Shown piece after piece: positions 28,207-37,155 of a DNA stretch of 64,000 nt (position 1 is its first letter; every line of letters begins with the position of its first letter). A program made the position numbers and the translations under genes. The notes under the pieces are model-generated. The model worked only from the letters and a program-made list of their open reading frames with translations. It did not search any database and was not told the DNA's origin. This DNA comes from Candidatus Omnitrophota bacterium (GTDB lineage: Bacteria; Omnitrophota; Gorgyraeia; Gygaellales; Profunditerraquicolaceae), in NCBI GenBank assembly GCA_028716245.1, contig JAQUQW010000002.1, positions 357,346 through 421,345 of the forward strand, read 5' to 3'.

Positions 28207-30144
28207 GTGGAAAACATGAAAATTTCCAAAATCGAGATAAAAAATTTTCGATCATTACACGATGTTACTATTTATCCGAATAACATTTTAACTTTAGTAG
28301 GGCGAAATAATAGCGGTAAATCTAATATAACTAAAGCGTTGGCACTTTTCTTTGATCCCTCTACTAAGGGTATGGATTCCGAATGTTTTTATAATCATAA
28401 GACTGATAAGCCGATACAGATTACTTTAACTTTTGAGAAATTGAGTGGTTGGGAGAGTGAACAGTTTAAGGCATGGATGGATGGGGAAAAACTGATTGTA
28501 GGAAGAGAGATTGTTTGTAAATCGGAAGATGAGTTTGAAGTTAAAACCTTGGCTTTTACAAAAGTACCTGAACCTGAATGGTTACAAGATGATTTAATTA
28601 CTGGAGAAAAGATAGCTGAGTGGTGGAGTAAAAAAGCAGAGTTGAAGATAAAAGGAATTGATTTTTCTTCGGAACTTGGTTCTGCAAAGCCGAGCGTTAC
28701 GAAGTGGAAAGAAGTGGCGAAAAAATTCCTAGATGTAAATAAAGATAAAATTCCTTGGAAGGATGAAAGACGGGAGAATCCAAAGGGGTATCCCGGTGTA
28801 TTGAAAGGGGCCTTACCGGAATTTGTTTATGTGCCCGCTATTAGGGATGTGTCAGATGAGGCTAAGGTTTCCCAGACTAGTCCTTTTGGTAAACTTATAA
28901 ATTCCGTGCTTGAAAAGATTGCTGATAAGGAAAAAGAGGCGATTGCTGGACAGCTAAAGGAGATTGAAAATAAGCTTAATCGTACGGGAGGGAAAGACCG
29001 AGTGGCTGAGGTTAAAGCGATTGAAGATCAGCTTAACAGGCTTATAAGAGAGATTATGGAGTGTGATATTGAAATTGAAATGGGGGTTCCCCAGCTTAAA
29101 GAAATCTTTGGGGGTGTTAAAATATATGCGAATGATGGAGTAAGGACAATTATTGATACAAAAGGACATGGTCTCCAGCGGTCGATGATTTTCACAATAC
29201 TTCGGGCTTACGCTGAACTTTCGCATACGCAAAAGGCAGTTGAGAAAGCAGGGGAAAGGACAACTATATTTGCGATAGAAGAACCGGAATTATATCTGCA
29301 TCCACAGTCGCAAAGAACTTTTATGAATGTTTTTAGGAATATAGCCAAAGGAAAAGATCAGGTTATTTATAGTACTCATTCAAGTCTTTTTGTTGATATT
29401 ACCTGGTTTGATGAAATATGTATAGTCAGAAGAGATAAAGAAGGGGATGAATATAAGAGTAAAGTTACGCAATTGTCTATGAAGGATATGCTTGGAGATT
29501 TGAAAGCTCGTAAAGGTATAGATGGGAATGAAGTGGGTATAAGAGAACAGTATTCAAACGCTTTTAACCCCTTGATTAATGAGGGGTTCTTTGCAAGTAA
29601 AGTAGTTATTGTCGAAGGTCCATCTGAACAATATTTATTTCCTATATATTCCGAAGCGATGGGGTACAATCTTGATCAAAATAATGTGTCAGTAGTGCAT
29701 TCTGATGGCAAAGGTTCAATGGATAGATTGTTACGCGTTTTTAACGGTTTCAAAATTCCTACCTACCTTTGGTTTGATGGTGATAAAGATAACGCGGATT
29801 CGGAGGTAAAGAAAAAAACACTAGAGCTTCTTGAATTGTTAGGTAATAAGAAAAGCAAGATCGAGGAAGTTGGCACGGAAATTTCTGATTGCTATGCAGT
29901 GCTTGAATATAAATTGGAAAAAATCTTAAAAGAAGAAATCAAGGATTATGATGTCATAATTAGTGAAGCAGCTAAAATTCTGGGACCTGTTGGCAAGCCT
30001 TTAGAGCAAAGATACTTAGCTGTCCAAATAAAAAAGAAAATAGATAATAAGGCGAAGCCTGAAGATGTCATACCTAAAACTATCATAGAAATCATTGGGA
30101 AGATAAAAAACTTGAAATTTAATTGTAGTGTATTACGTAAATAG
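28207..30144 (+). CDS. OLD-family ATP-dependent endonuclease (ABC-type ATPase plus C-terminal Toprim)
   Basis: Walker A GRNNSGKSN; signature/Walker-B region IFAIEEPELYLHPQSQR; Toprim-like VVIVEGPSEQ ... WFDGDKDN. Confidence 0.75.
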   Translation: MENMKISKIEIKNFRSLHDVTIYPNNILTLVGRNNSGKSNITKALALFFDPSTKGMDSECFYNHKTDKPIQITLTFEKLSGWESEQFKAWMDGEKLIVGREIVCKSEDEFEVKTLAFTKVPEPEWLQDDLITGEKIAEWWSKKAELKIKGIDFSSELGSAKPSVTKWKEVAKKFLDVNKDKIPWKDERRENPKGYPGVLKGALPEFVYVPAIRDVSDEAKVSQTSPFGKLINSVLEKIADKEKEAIAGQLKEIENKLNRTGGKDRVAEVKAIEDQLNRLIREIMECDIEIEMGVPQLKEIFGGVKIYANDGVRTIIDTKGHGLQRSMIFTILRAYAELSHTQKAVEKAGERTTIFAIEEPELYLHPQSQRTFMNVFRNIAKGKDQVIYSTHSSLFVDITWFDEICIVRRDKEGDEYKSKVTQLSMKDMLGDLKARKGIDGNEVGIREQYSNAFNPLINEGFFASKVVIVEGPSEQYLFPIYSEAMGYNLDQNNVSVVHSDGKGSMDRLLRVFNGFKIPTYLWFDGDKDNADSEVKKKTLELLELLGNKKSKIEEVGTEISDCYAVLEYKLEKILKEEIKDYDVIISEAAKILGPVGKPLEQRYLAVQIKKKIDNKAKPEDVIPKTIIEIIGKIKNLKFNCSVLRK

Positions 30145-30223
30145 TATACATAGTTATCGTAAGGTATCATTCTTAGGGATACTCATTGATTTGTTTTAGA
30201 TGCCATAGCTATTTTAATTAAAT

Positions 30224-31348
30224 ATGCGAATAATCCATTTTTCCGATACACATTTAGGATTCTCGGATTTTACAAAAGTTGATCCAGAAACCGGAATCAA
30301 CTTAAGGGAAGCTGATGTTTATGATGCTTTCTCTCAAGTAATTAACTATATCATTAGTAATCCTCCAGATATTGTAATTCATGCAGGTGATCTTTTTGAT
30401 ACCTACAGACCGCCTAATCGTGCAATAAACTTCGCTTTAAAAGAAATAGCAAGAGTATCTCAAAAACAAATACCAGTTATAATGATTTCTGGCAATCATT
30501 CAACTCCTCGAATTAGGATTTCTGGGTCAATCTTTGAGGCGTTTGAGATTTTGGAGAACGTTTACCCTGTTTATCAATCAAAATACCAGGAGATTATTAT
30601 TAAAGATGTCGCGGTCCACTGCGTCCCTCATATGGGAACAGAGGAAGAATTGAATAGAGCATTTGACGAAATTAGAATCAATACAAAGGTAAAGTATAAT
30701 GTAATCGTTGCTCATCTTGGGATTACTGCTGAAGTACAATATAAAATGGGGGAGTTTAATGAGTTAATAATTCCTCAAGGTGCTTTAAAAAAGAAGAGTG
30801 AACTCGATTATATAGCTCTCGGACACTATCACAGAAATCTGGTTCTTGCTGAAAACTGCTGTTATTCTGGGTCTACGGAACGTTTTAGTTTTAATGAAGC
30901 CGGTCAGCCAAAAGGTTTTATGGAAGTTGATTTAGCTGCAAAAAAGAGGATGTTTATACCGATAAAAGTAAGAGAGATGATAGCATTTGATCCAATTGAT
31001 TGTAAAGACCAAAGCTCCGCAAAAATTGTTGAAGAAATTGAGCAATTAATTAAAGATAGGACGCAAGGCAATATCCTTCAGATTACTTTTGCCAATATAA
31101 GAAGGCAACAATATTTAGAGATGAATTTCTCAAAAATTAAAGAAATTGTCAGTGATGCAGTACATCTAAAAATTATCTGTAACTGGATGACTGAAAAGGG
31201 AAGTGAAGTCACTAAAACTTCTATAGGTGCACTTTCATCAGAGTTTGAAAGCTTTATCGCTCACCAAGATATTAAAGATTTGGATAAGAAAAAATTGAAA
31301 GAATTAGGAGTGGGGTATTTATCACAAGCACAAGAAGAGGAAGAGTAA
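30224..31348 (+). CDS. SbcD/Mre11-like calcineurin-type phosphoesterase nuclease
   Basis: Metallophosphatase motifs HFSDTHLG, HAGDLFD, SGNHS, VAHLG, LGHYH. Confidence 0.75.
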   Translation: MRIIHFSDTHLGFSDFTKVDPETGINLREADVYDAFSQVINYIISNPPDIVIHAGDLFDTYRPPNRAINFALKEIARVSQKQIPVIMISGNHSTPRIRISGSIFEAFEILENVYPVYQSKYQEIIIKDVAVHCVPHMGTEEELNRAFDEIRINTKVKYNVIVAHLGITAEVQYKMGEFNELIIPQGALKKKSELDYIALGHYHRNLVLAENCCYSGSTERFSFNEAGQPKGFMEVDLAAKKRMFIPIKVREMIAFDPIDCKDQSSAKIVEEIEQLIKDRTQGNILQITFANIRRQQYLEMNFSKIKEIVSDAVHLKIICNWMTEKGSEVTKTSIGALSSEFESFIAHQDIKDLDKKKLKELGVGYLSQAQEEEE

Positions 31349-33754
31349 ATGTTTTTAAGAAGTCTTAAGCTTAGAAATTATAGAAAGTTTAGAGATGAGC
31401 CAATTGAATTTCCTGAAGGGATAATTGGTATAATTGGGCCTAACGGCGCAGGAAAATCCTCCATATTAGAGGCAATAGGTTGGGCATTATATGGTAATCA
31501 ATTGACGCGATCTGACAAATCGGAAGTAAAAAGTCAAAATGCAGCTTTAGAAGAAGACTGTGAAGTGGAACTGATATTCGATTTAGGAGGTCATTCTTAC
31601 AAAGTTCTTAGACAATTAAAGGGGAGAAACTCAATTTCTAATGCATTAGCGTTTATAGATGGGAATATTGAGCCAGTTGCTGAAAGGGATAGTGGAGTAA
31701 ACCAATATATAGAATTATTGCTAGGTATGGATTACGTTACATTTTTAAGGACCATTTATGCAAAGCAAAAAGATTTAGCTGCGCTTTCTTCCTTGGCTCC
31801 TGAAGCAAGGAAAAAGGTTATCAGGAGAATGTTGAATATCGATCGTATTGATTCAGCAGTAACTCAAATTAGGGTAGACACAAGAGATAAACAAAGATTT
31901 GTTGAAGGTATCCAATCCAGCCTTGAAAATATTGAAGAGTTGGAAGTAGATAAAAAGGAATTAGAGGGGCAGCAGAGTTCAATAAATAAAAATATTGGTG
32001 TTTTCACTACCGAGCTTAATATTATTAAAGACGAAAGGCAAAAACTAAGAAAAGAAAAGGAAGATCAAGAAGCGAAATATAAAACTTATAATCAATTTTC
32101 CAGCGATGTATCTCGCTTATCAACTCAAATAACCTCTTTAAAAAGGAAACTAAGTGATTCAGAAAAAGACCTTGAAGAGCTAAAGAAAAATAAGGAAACA
32201 TTAGATAAGCTTGAGCCGAAAGAAAAAGAATATCTAAAAGTTAAGGAAGATAAGTCAGCGCAGGAAACATTAAGGCTTAAATTTCAAGAGAAATTGGCAT
32301 TTGAGAAAAACTGGAAAGAAATGAAAGAAGAAATAGATGGTCGCGAAAAAGAATTAAAGGCTGCGATAGAGCAGCTTAAACTATTTTCTAGTATACAGAA
32401 AGATTCTGATTCTACAGAGAAAGCACTAAGAGATAAAGAAGTTAGTAGAAGGAAGCTTGAGAAAGAAGTAAAGGACGCTGAAGGGAAAGTGAGTGTTTAT
32501 TCATCCCAATTAGAAGAATTGATTCACAAGAAGAAGAGCATAAGCCAATTGGGCGGTAGTGGCAAATGTCCTACTTGCTTCCGTGAATTAGGGGAAGATG
32601 GCAAAGACATTTTGCTTCATTTAGATAATGAAATAAGTAAAGTGAAAGAGAAACTAATACCTTCTCATGAAAATAGAGATAAGGTAAGTGAGCAATTAGA
32701 AGATGTTATGGCAGAACAAGAGAAATTGGTAGAGCAAAAGAATAAATTAAATGAAAAATTGAAGAAAAAATCCAAGATAGAGCAGTCAATAGAAGAGCAA
32801 GATAACGAGGTAAAGAAATTGAGTTTTAAAATTACAAGAACAGAAGAAAAGATTTCCGGAATGAAAGATATAAAATTTGATCGGGGATTTTACGCGGAAT
32901 TATTAAGAAAGTTTGATACGTTATCGGAAACAAGAGATTCAATTCTTGAATTAAGAAAAGAGATTCAAAGAATTCCTAAAATTGTTGAAGCAATAGATAG
33001 CACAAGAAAAGAGATCAATGATTTGGAAAATACGCTTGAGAATAAAGAAGAAGATTTAAAGAAGCTTGAGTTTAATGAGAAAAGGTTTGAGAAAATAAAA
33101 GCAAACTATGAGGAACTAAGTGATAAATTATTGACAGGTCAGAATAAATTAGATGAAGCCAAAGGTAAAACAGAAGTTTTAAAACAAAGAATTTCTAATA
33201 TTAAAGAAAGAATGGCCCGCCGAAAAGAAAACCAAAAGAGAATTGAAGCCGCAAGTTTAGAACTTCAATATTTGCAGCGTCTTGAATTGCTTTTAGATAA
33301 ATTCAGGCTTGAATTAACAGGAAGGATACGCCCTTTATTAGAAGCGAGAACATCCTTTCTTTTTAGCGAAATTACGGATGGGCGTTATCCTTCTGTCGAA
33401 CTTGATGAAGACTATGAATTATCAATTTTGGACGGAGATAAATATTTCAAGTTAAAAAGATTTTCAGGTGGAGAAGAGGATCTCGCTAATTTATGTTTGA
33501 GAATTGCAATGTCACAAGTAATCGCAGAGAGAAGTGGTGGAGTAGAGATAAATTTTATAGCATTAGACGAAATATTTGGTAGCCAAGATGAAGACAGGCG
33601 ACAAAATATAATGAATTCTTTCAATAAACTATCTTCTCAATTTCGGCAAATATTCCTTATCTCCCATATTGAGGAAATTCGGGAGATGCTGAATAGAGTT
33701 TTACGAGTAGAGGAAAATGGAACGAGGAAAGAAAGTAAAGTTTCGTTAGTTTGA
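31349..33754 (+). CDS. SbcC/Rad50-like SMC ATPase with CxxC zinc hook
   Basis: Walker A GPNGAGKSS; long coiled coil; central CPTC hook; C-terminal signature FSGGEEDLANL and Walker B/D-loop IALDEIFGSQDEDR; start 1 nt after SbcD stop. Confidence 0.75.
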   Translation: MFLRSLKLRNYRKFRDEPIEFPEGIIGIIGPNGAGKSSILEAIGWALYGNQLTRSDKSEVKSQNAALEEDCEVELIFDLGGHSYKVLRQLKGRNSISNALAFIDGNIEPVAERDSGVNQYIELLLGMDYVTFLRTIYAKQKDLAALSSLAPEARKKVIRRMLNIDRIDSAVTQIRVDTRDKQRFVEGIQSSLENIEELEVDKKELEGQQSSINKNIGVFTTELNIIKDERQKLRKEKEDQEAKYKTYNQFSSDVSRLSTQITSLKRKLSDSEKDLEELKKNKETLDKLEPKEKEYLKVKEDKSAQETLRLKFQEKLAFEKNWKEMKEEIDGREKELKAAIEQLKLFSSIQKDSDSTEKALRDKEVSRRKLEKEVKDAEGKVSVYSSQLEELIHKKKSISQLGGSGKCPTCFRELGEDGKDILLHLDNEISKVKEKLIPSHENRDKVSEQLEDVMAEQEKLVEQKNKLNEKLKKKSKIEQSIEEQDNEVKKLSFKITRTEEKISGMKDIKFDRGFYAELLRKFDTLSETRDSILELRKEIQRIPKIVEAIDSTRKEINDLENTLENKEEDLKKLEFNEKRFEKIKANYEELSDKLLTGQNKLDEAKGKTEVLKQRISNIKERMARRKENQKRIEAASLELQYLQRLELLLDKFRLELTGRIRPLLEARTSFLFSEITDGRYPSVELDEDYELSILDGDKYFKLKRFSGGEEDLANLCLRIAMSQVIAERSGGVEINFIALDEIFGSQDEDRRQNIMNSFNKLSSQFRQIFLISHIEEIREMLNRVLRVEENGTRKESKVSLV

Positions 33755-33812
33755 AGTTTATTGATTTTTTTTAAGCAATCTGTGATAAAATATAGCAATC
33801 GCATTAGATTAT

Positions 33813-34276
33813 TCCGCCCCCTAGCATCATTTGAATTTTAGCTTGTTCTTTGAGCAAAAAGGCAAATTTTGCCCGCACCAAAATTTGCCTTTTTGCCAGC
33901 ACTTCTTTAAGTGTTTATCGGGAGAGGCGCAGCTTGCCGCACCGCCAGCTTTTACTCGTAAATTGCGGCATAGCGGACGAACCTTTAAAAAATTTTGTTT
34001 TTAGCTTGTAGTAACGTGTCGGGTGAGGACGCTGTGGCTTGCGCCGCCCCCACCCGGCGCAAGCCACAGCTGCGCCGCACACGCATTAAAATTAGCTGGA
34101 AGCGAGCGGCCCAGCGAGCGCCATTGCCCGCTCAATGTGGGAGCGCCCCCCCAGGGCGCGGTGCATTTAAGCTGTTTCATTAGAGACCAGCTTTACCCCG
34201 GTATTAGAGACAAAAAACGGATTAGGGGTTTCTCAGGGACGAAAATACTTTCGATCTATCGGATATAAGGACCCCA
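33813..34276. repeat. about 460-bp inverted repeat, copy B; outer end ACCCCA
   Basis: Reverse complement of copy A, possibly with a 1-nt run-length difference at the inner end; ends GGACCCCA at 34269-34276. Confidence 0.85.
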
Positions 34277-34311
34277 TTTTATTTCTAACAAAACAGTAAA
34301 GGATAAATATC

Positions 34312-35571
34312 TTGAGAAAGCTTGAACGTCTCTTGGTGCCAATGATAATGATGGGAATGTTAGTCCTATCTGGTTGTGAAAAACCAGGCTCAGCAATGTG
34401 GCCCGCACACTCCTTTTCGCAAACTGACAAAAGCATAACATCAAGCCCAGCATCGGCTCCAATATCGACATCAACATCGGGTAAAGTAGTTTTGGCGTTA
34501 ATAGCCGGGGTTGATGGAACTAAAACCTTTACAGGCAAGATTATAGAAGTTGCTCCTGTATTATTAAAACATCCGCCAAGATATTCATTTTGTAGGATTC
34601 AGATCGTTTCTGATAATGGCGGCAAATCTGGATTTTTTGTCCCACGAGCTACCATTATTACCGATCTTAATGGTAAAGATATAAGCGGCAAGTGGCCTGG
34701 TAAAGGAGAAAGAGTTGAAATAAAGTATTATACGTTAAAGCCTGGGAAGGATGATCGCACCTACACAGTTTCTATTCGCTACGTTCCTTCGGATTATGTT
34801 CCAAATCCGGCGGCTCCGAGCAAACCGGCGACAGCTTCCGCAACACCGGGTAATGCAGCTAAAGATAATATCTTTGTAGGTAAGGTTGATACAGCGTTCA
34901 GCTTTCCACCAATTGGGTATTTTTGGAAATTTGCTGCTGTTGCTGATAACGGCGAGAAGAAAGAGTTTTGTATCCTGAAGAATAATACAACCATTATACA
35001 GATTGATGGTAAACAAAGATACGGCGAAGCGCCCAGAAAAGGCAGGAAAATTGAGGTTAAATATTCAGTCGCACAAGATGGTCATAATGTGACTACCTCG
35101 ATGCGTTACGTGTCATTGGATTACGTCCGGCAGCCGACAGCATCAAGTGTATCGGCAAACGCAGCTTCATCAACATCTGCTCCGATACCGAGTTTAAGTT
35201 TTCAACTTGGGGAGAAGATACCGGCTGGCAAAGCGGTAGTCTACATTTATCGTCCCACTGGTTCCGGTGCCGGAGGTGCAGCGATGCCCTTCGGCATAAA
35301 AGCAAATGGTAAAGACGCAATAACGCTGGTGCAGGGCGGATATTACGAATATGTCACTGAACCAGGTAATGTAGAATTTACGACTTTCGAAATGGGGTTT
35401 ATGGCGCCGAGTTCACAATCTTCCGTAACTGTTGATGCAAAAGCCGGTCAAACGTATTATCTTAAAGGCACACATGGCAAGGGAGCAATGGGAAGGGCAC
35501 ACCTGGAATCAGCCTCTCCAGAAGTAGGAGCGCAGGAAATAGCAAACTGTAAAGTAATTAGGACGCAGTGA
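34312..35571 (+). CDS. lipoprotein with three tandem about 95-aa repeats plus a DUF2846-like C-terminal domain
   Basis: Lipobox LSGC; repeats ending ...YTVSIRYVPSDYVPNP / ...TTSMRYVSLDYVRQP; begins 36 nt after the island end. Confidence 0.5.
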   Translation: MRKLERLLVPMIMMGMLVLSGCEKPGSAMWPAHSFSQTDKSITSSPASAPISTSTSGKVVLALIAGVDGTKTFTGKIIEVAPVLLKHPPRYSFCRIQIVSDNGGKSGFFVPRATIITDLNGKDISGKWPGKGERVEIKYYTLKPGKDDRTYTVSIRYVPSDYVPNPAAPSKPATASATPGNAAKDNIFVGKVDTAFSFPPIGYFWKFAAVADNGEKKEFCILKNNTTIIQIDGKQRYGEAPRKGRKIEVKYSVAQDGHNVTTSMRYVSLDYVRQPTASSVSANAASSTSAPIPSLSFQLGEKIPAGKAVVYIYRPTGSGAGGAAMPFGIKANGKDAITLVQGGYYEYVTEPGNVEFTTFEMGFMAPSSQSSVTVDAKAGQTYYLKGTHGKGAMGRAHLESASPEVGAQEIANCKVIRTQ

Positions 35572-35783
35572 GAATGTAGGGGCAGCGAATATTTTTAATC
35601 TATCCAGCCCGGAAATCAGCGAGGAATTGCCTCTCTGAATTGCAGAATTTAGCATATATTAAGGTAATCGATACATTTAGCGTGCTTTAAAGGTTAGAGA
35701 GGCTTCCCCTTGTGCTATATGGGAGTGGCCCATAAATTCTTGTGTACCGGTTAGTTACATCATTAAAATTTAAAATGATATTT

Positions 35784-35830
35784 AAAGGCTATTGGTCTAA
35801 TACGGTCAATAGCCTTTCTTATTTGTTTAG
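35784..35830 (+). terminator. intrinsic terminator-like hairpin
   Basis: AAAGGCTATTG...CAATAGCCTTT stem followed by a T-rich tail. Confidence 0.4.
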
Positions 35831-35836
35831 TTTATT

Positions 35837-36547
35837 ATGAACTTAATTGATTTTGGTTTCCAGAATTCAAATCTCTTTCGGCATATGCCGCTTTTTGACG
35901 AAATTTCATATATCGGGCATAATGAGGAGAAGGTCCGCCAATATAAAGCGATTCGCGAGGATCAAACCTGCAATCTTTTGGTCTTAAATTTTATTCGCGA
36001 TGATGAAAAAATCCTTTGGGATGCGATAGGGGATTTTTTAAAGCGCAGCACAATTAATGCCGCATCTAGCGTCCGGGGCGTTTACATTTTTGACCTTTTG
36101 ACTGTTGATATACACAAAGAAATTAAAACATTTAAACACGCCGAGCTTACTGCCGTAATTGTAAATGTGGCCAGTAAACTAGCCCCCGGGGAAATTAAGA
36201 TGATCAAATATTCTTCCGTCTACGCGCTCATTCATAAAACTGTCGCTGCCGATTGGGGGAAAATTACTTTTAAAACCGCGGTGGATGTATTCAAAGACAA
36301 GCCGGATTATTTGGACATTCTTATCAAGCAACTTTTGAAGGATTATATGTTTTCACGCGATCCCGTTATCCTTTTATTAAATGATCTGAGTCAAAATCCC
36401 ATCTTTGATCTGCAAAATGAAACGCAGCAAGCACGCATAAAAAAAGTTATAGCCAATCTTATTCCCAACTCAATCGAATTTATCCCGGAAGTCTACATCC
36501 AGGATAAGAATGGCGCCAGAGAACTTCTCTCGGGGTCTAAATTATAA
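35837..36547 (+). CDS. hypothetical protein
   Basis: 236-aa ORF with no motif I can name. Confidence 0.35.
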   Translation: MNLIDFGFQNSNLFRHMPLFDEISYIGHNEEKVRQYKAIREDQTCNLLVLNFIRDDEKILWDAIGDFLKRSTINAASSVRGVYIFDLLTVDIHKEIKTFKHAELTAVIVNVASKLAPGEIKMIKYSSVYALIHKTVAADWGKITFKTAVDVFKDKPDYLDILIKQLLKDYMFSRDPVILLLNDLSQNPIFDLQNETQQARIKKVIANLIPNSIEFIPEVYIQDKNGARELLSGSKL

Positions 36548-36561
36548 AACTAGGGGCAGGT

Positions 36562-36765
36562 ATGGATTTTAAACTAAAAACTGAGTTTATTGAGCTGGAT
36601 AATTTGCTTAAGGCAACGCACCTTGCTGTTAGCGGAGCTCAGGCCCGGCAAAGCATCCTGTCGGGTGAGGTCAAAGTCAATGGCCAAGTTGAAAATCGTA
36701 TTCGTAGGAAGCTGCGAACGGGAGATTTAGTGGAATTTAGCCAGCAGCGGATTAGTATTGTGTGA
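36562..36765 (+). CDS. S4-domain RNA-binding protein (YbcJ/ribosome-associated-like)
   Basis: 67 aa; S4 fold signature ...LKATHLAVSGAQARQSILSGEVKVNGQVE..R..KL..GD.V. Confidence 0.65.
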   Translation: MDFKLKTEFIELDNLLKATHLAVSGAQARQSILSGEVKVNGQVENRIRRKLRTGDLVEFSQQRISIV

Positions 36766-36843
36766 AAAATAGCTTGCAGAAAGCGGTTGTGTGCAGTAAA
36801 GTCTTAACTATGCGCTATCATCAGCGGGATAAAGGAGAGTATT

Positions 36844-37008
36844 GTGGCTAGAGATAATTATTCATATAAAAAGTATCAGAGGGAATTGGACAGAAAAAAG
36901 AAGGTCGAGGAAAAGAAGCAGAGAAAGCTTGAGAAAAAAATGATGGAGGCCATGCCTGCGCCCGTGCAGGCCCCCAATGACCAGGCCTCTTTGCAACTGA
37001 AATCTTGA
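36844..37008 (+). CDS. possible small basic protein (54 aa, GTG start) not in ORF track
   Basis: Strong RBS AAAGGAGAG 5 nt before GTG; Lys/Arg-rich coiled sequence ...KKKVEEKKQRKLEKK... Confidence 0.3.
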   Translation: MARDNYSYKKYQRELDRKKKVEEKKQRKLEKKMMEAMPAPVQAPNDQASLQLKS

Positions 37009-37155
37009 TAATCGCCATATTCGGTCTTATAATACATATTTGTAAATAGCCAGAGGGATCCCATATTTATATTTTAAAAAAGGAGGGGACGCTTCTATTT
37101 TTTTTGTAAGGATCAGGAAAATAGAGCCGTCCCCATTTTTATTAAGTTATAAAAG

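Larger units (their letters stand above)
21823..34276. mobile_element. putative integrated/invertible genomic island at tRNA-His 3' end (recombinase module plus defence cargo module)
   Basis: ACCCCA core at left end (tRNA), inverted at the 23507-23512 junction and direct at right end 34271-34276; serine recombinase; AT-rich cargo by eye; defence genes. Confidence 0.5.

Noticed and set aside
30224-33754. Interpreting SbcD/SbcC-like genes as certainly part of a defence system
   Set aside because: Not rejected outright, but kept as a hypothesis. sbcDC is also a ubiquitous housekeeping repair operon with the same gene order. Only island location, AT-richness and OLD adjacency argue for a defence role.
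34233-34538. Minus-strand ORFs (101 and 73 aa) spanning IR-B and the lipoprotein gene start
   Set aside because: They overlap the repeat and are antisense to the signal-peptide region of a well-supported lipoprotein gene. I call them spurious.
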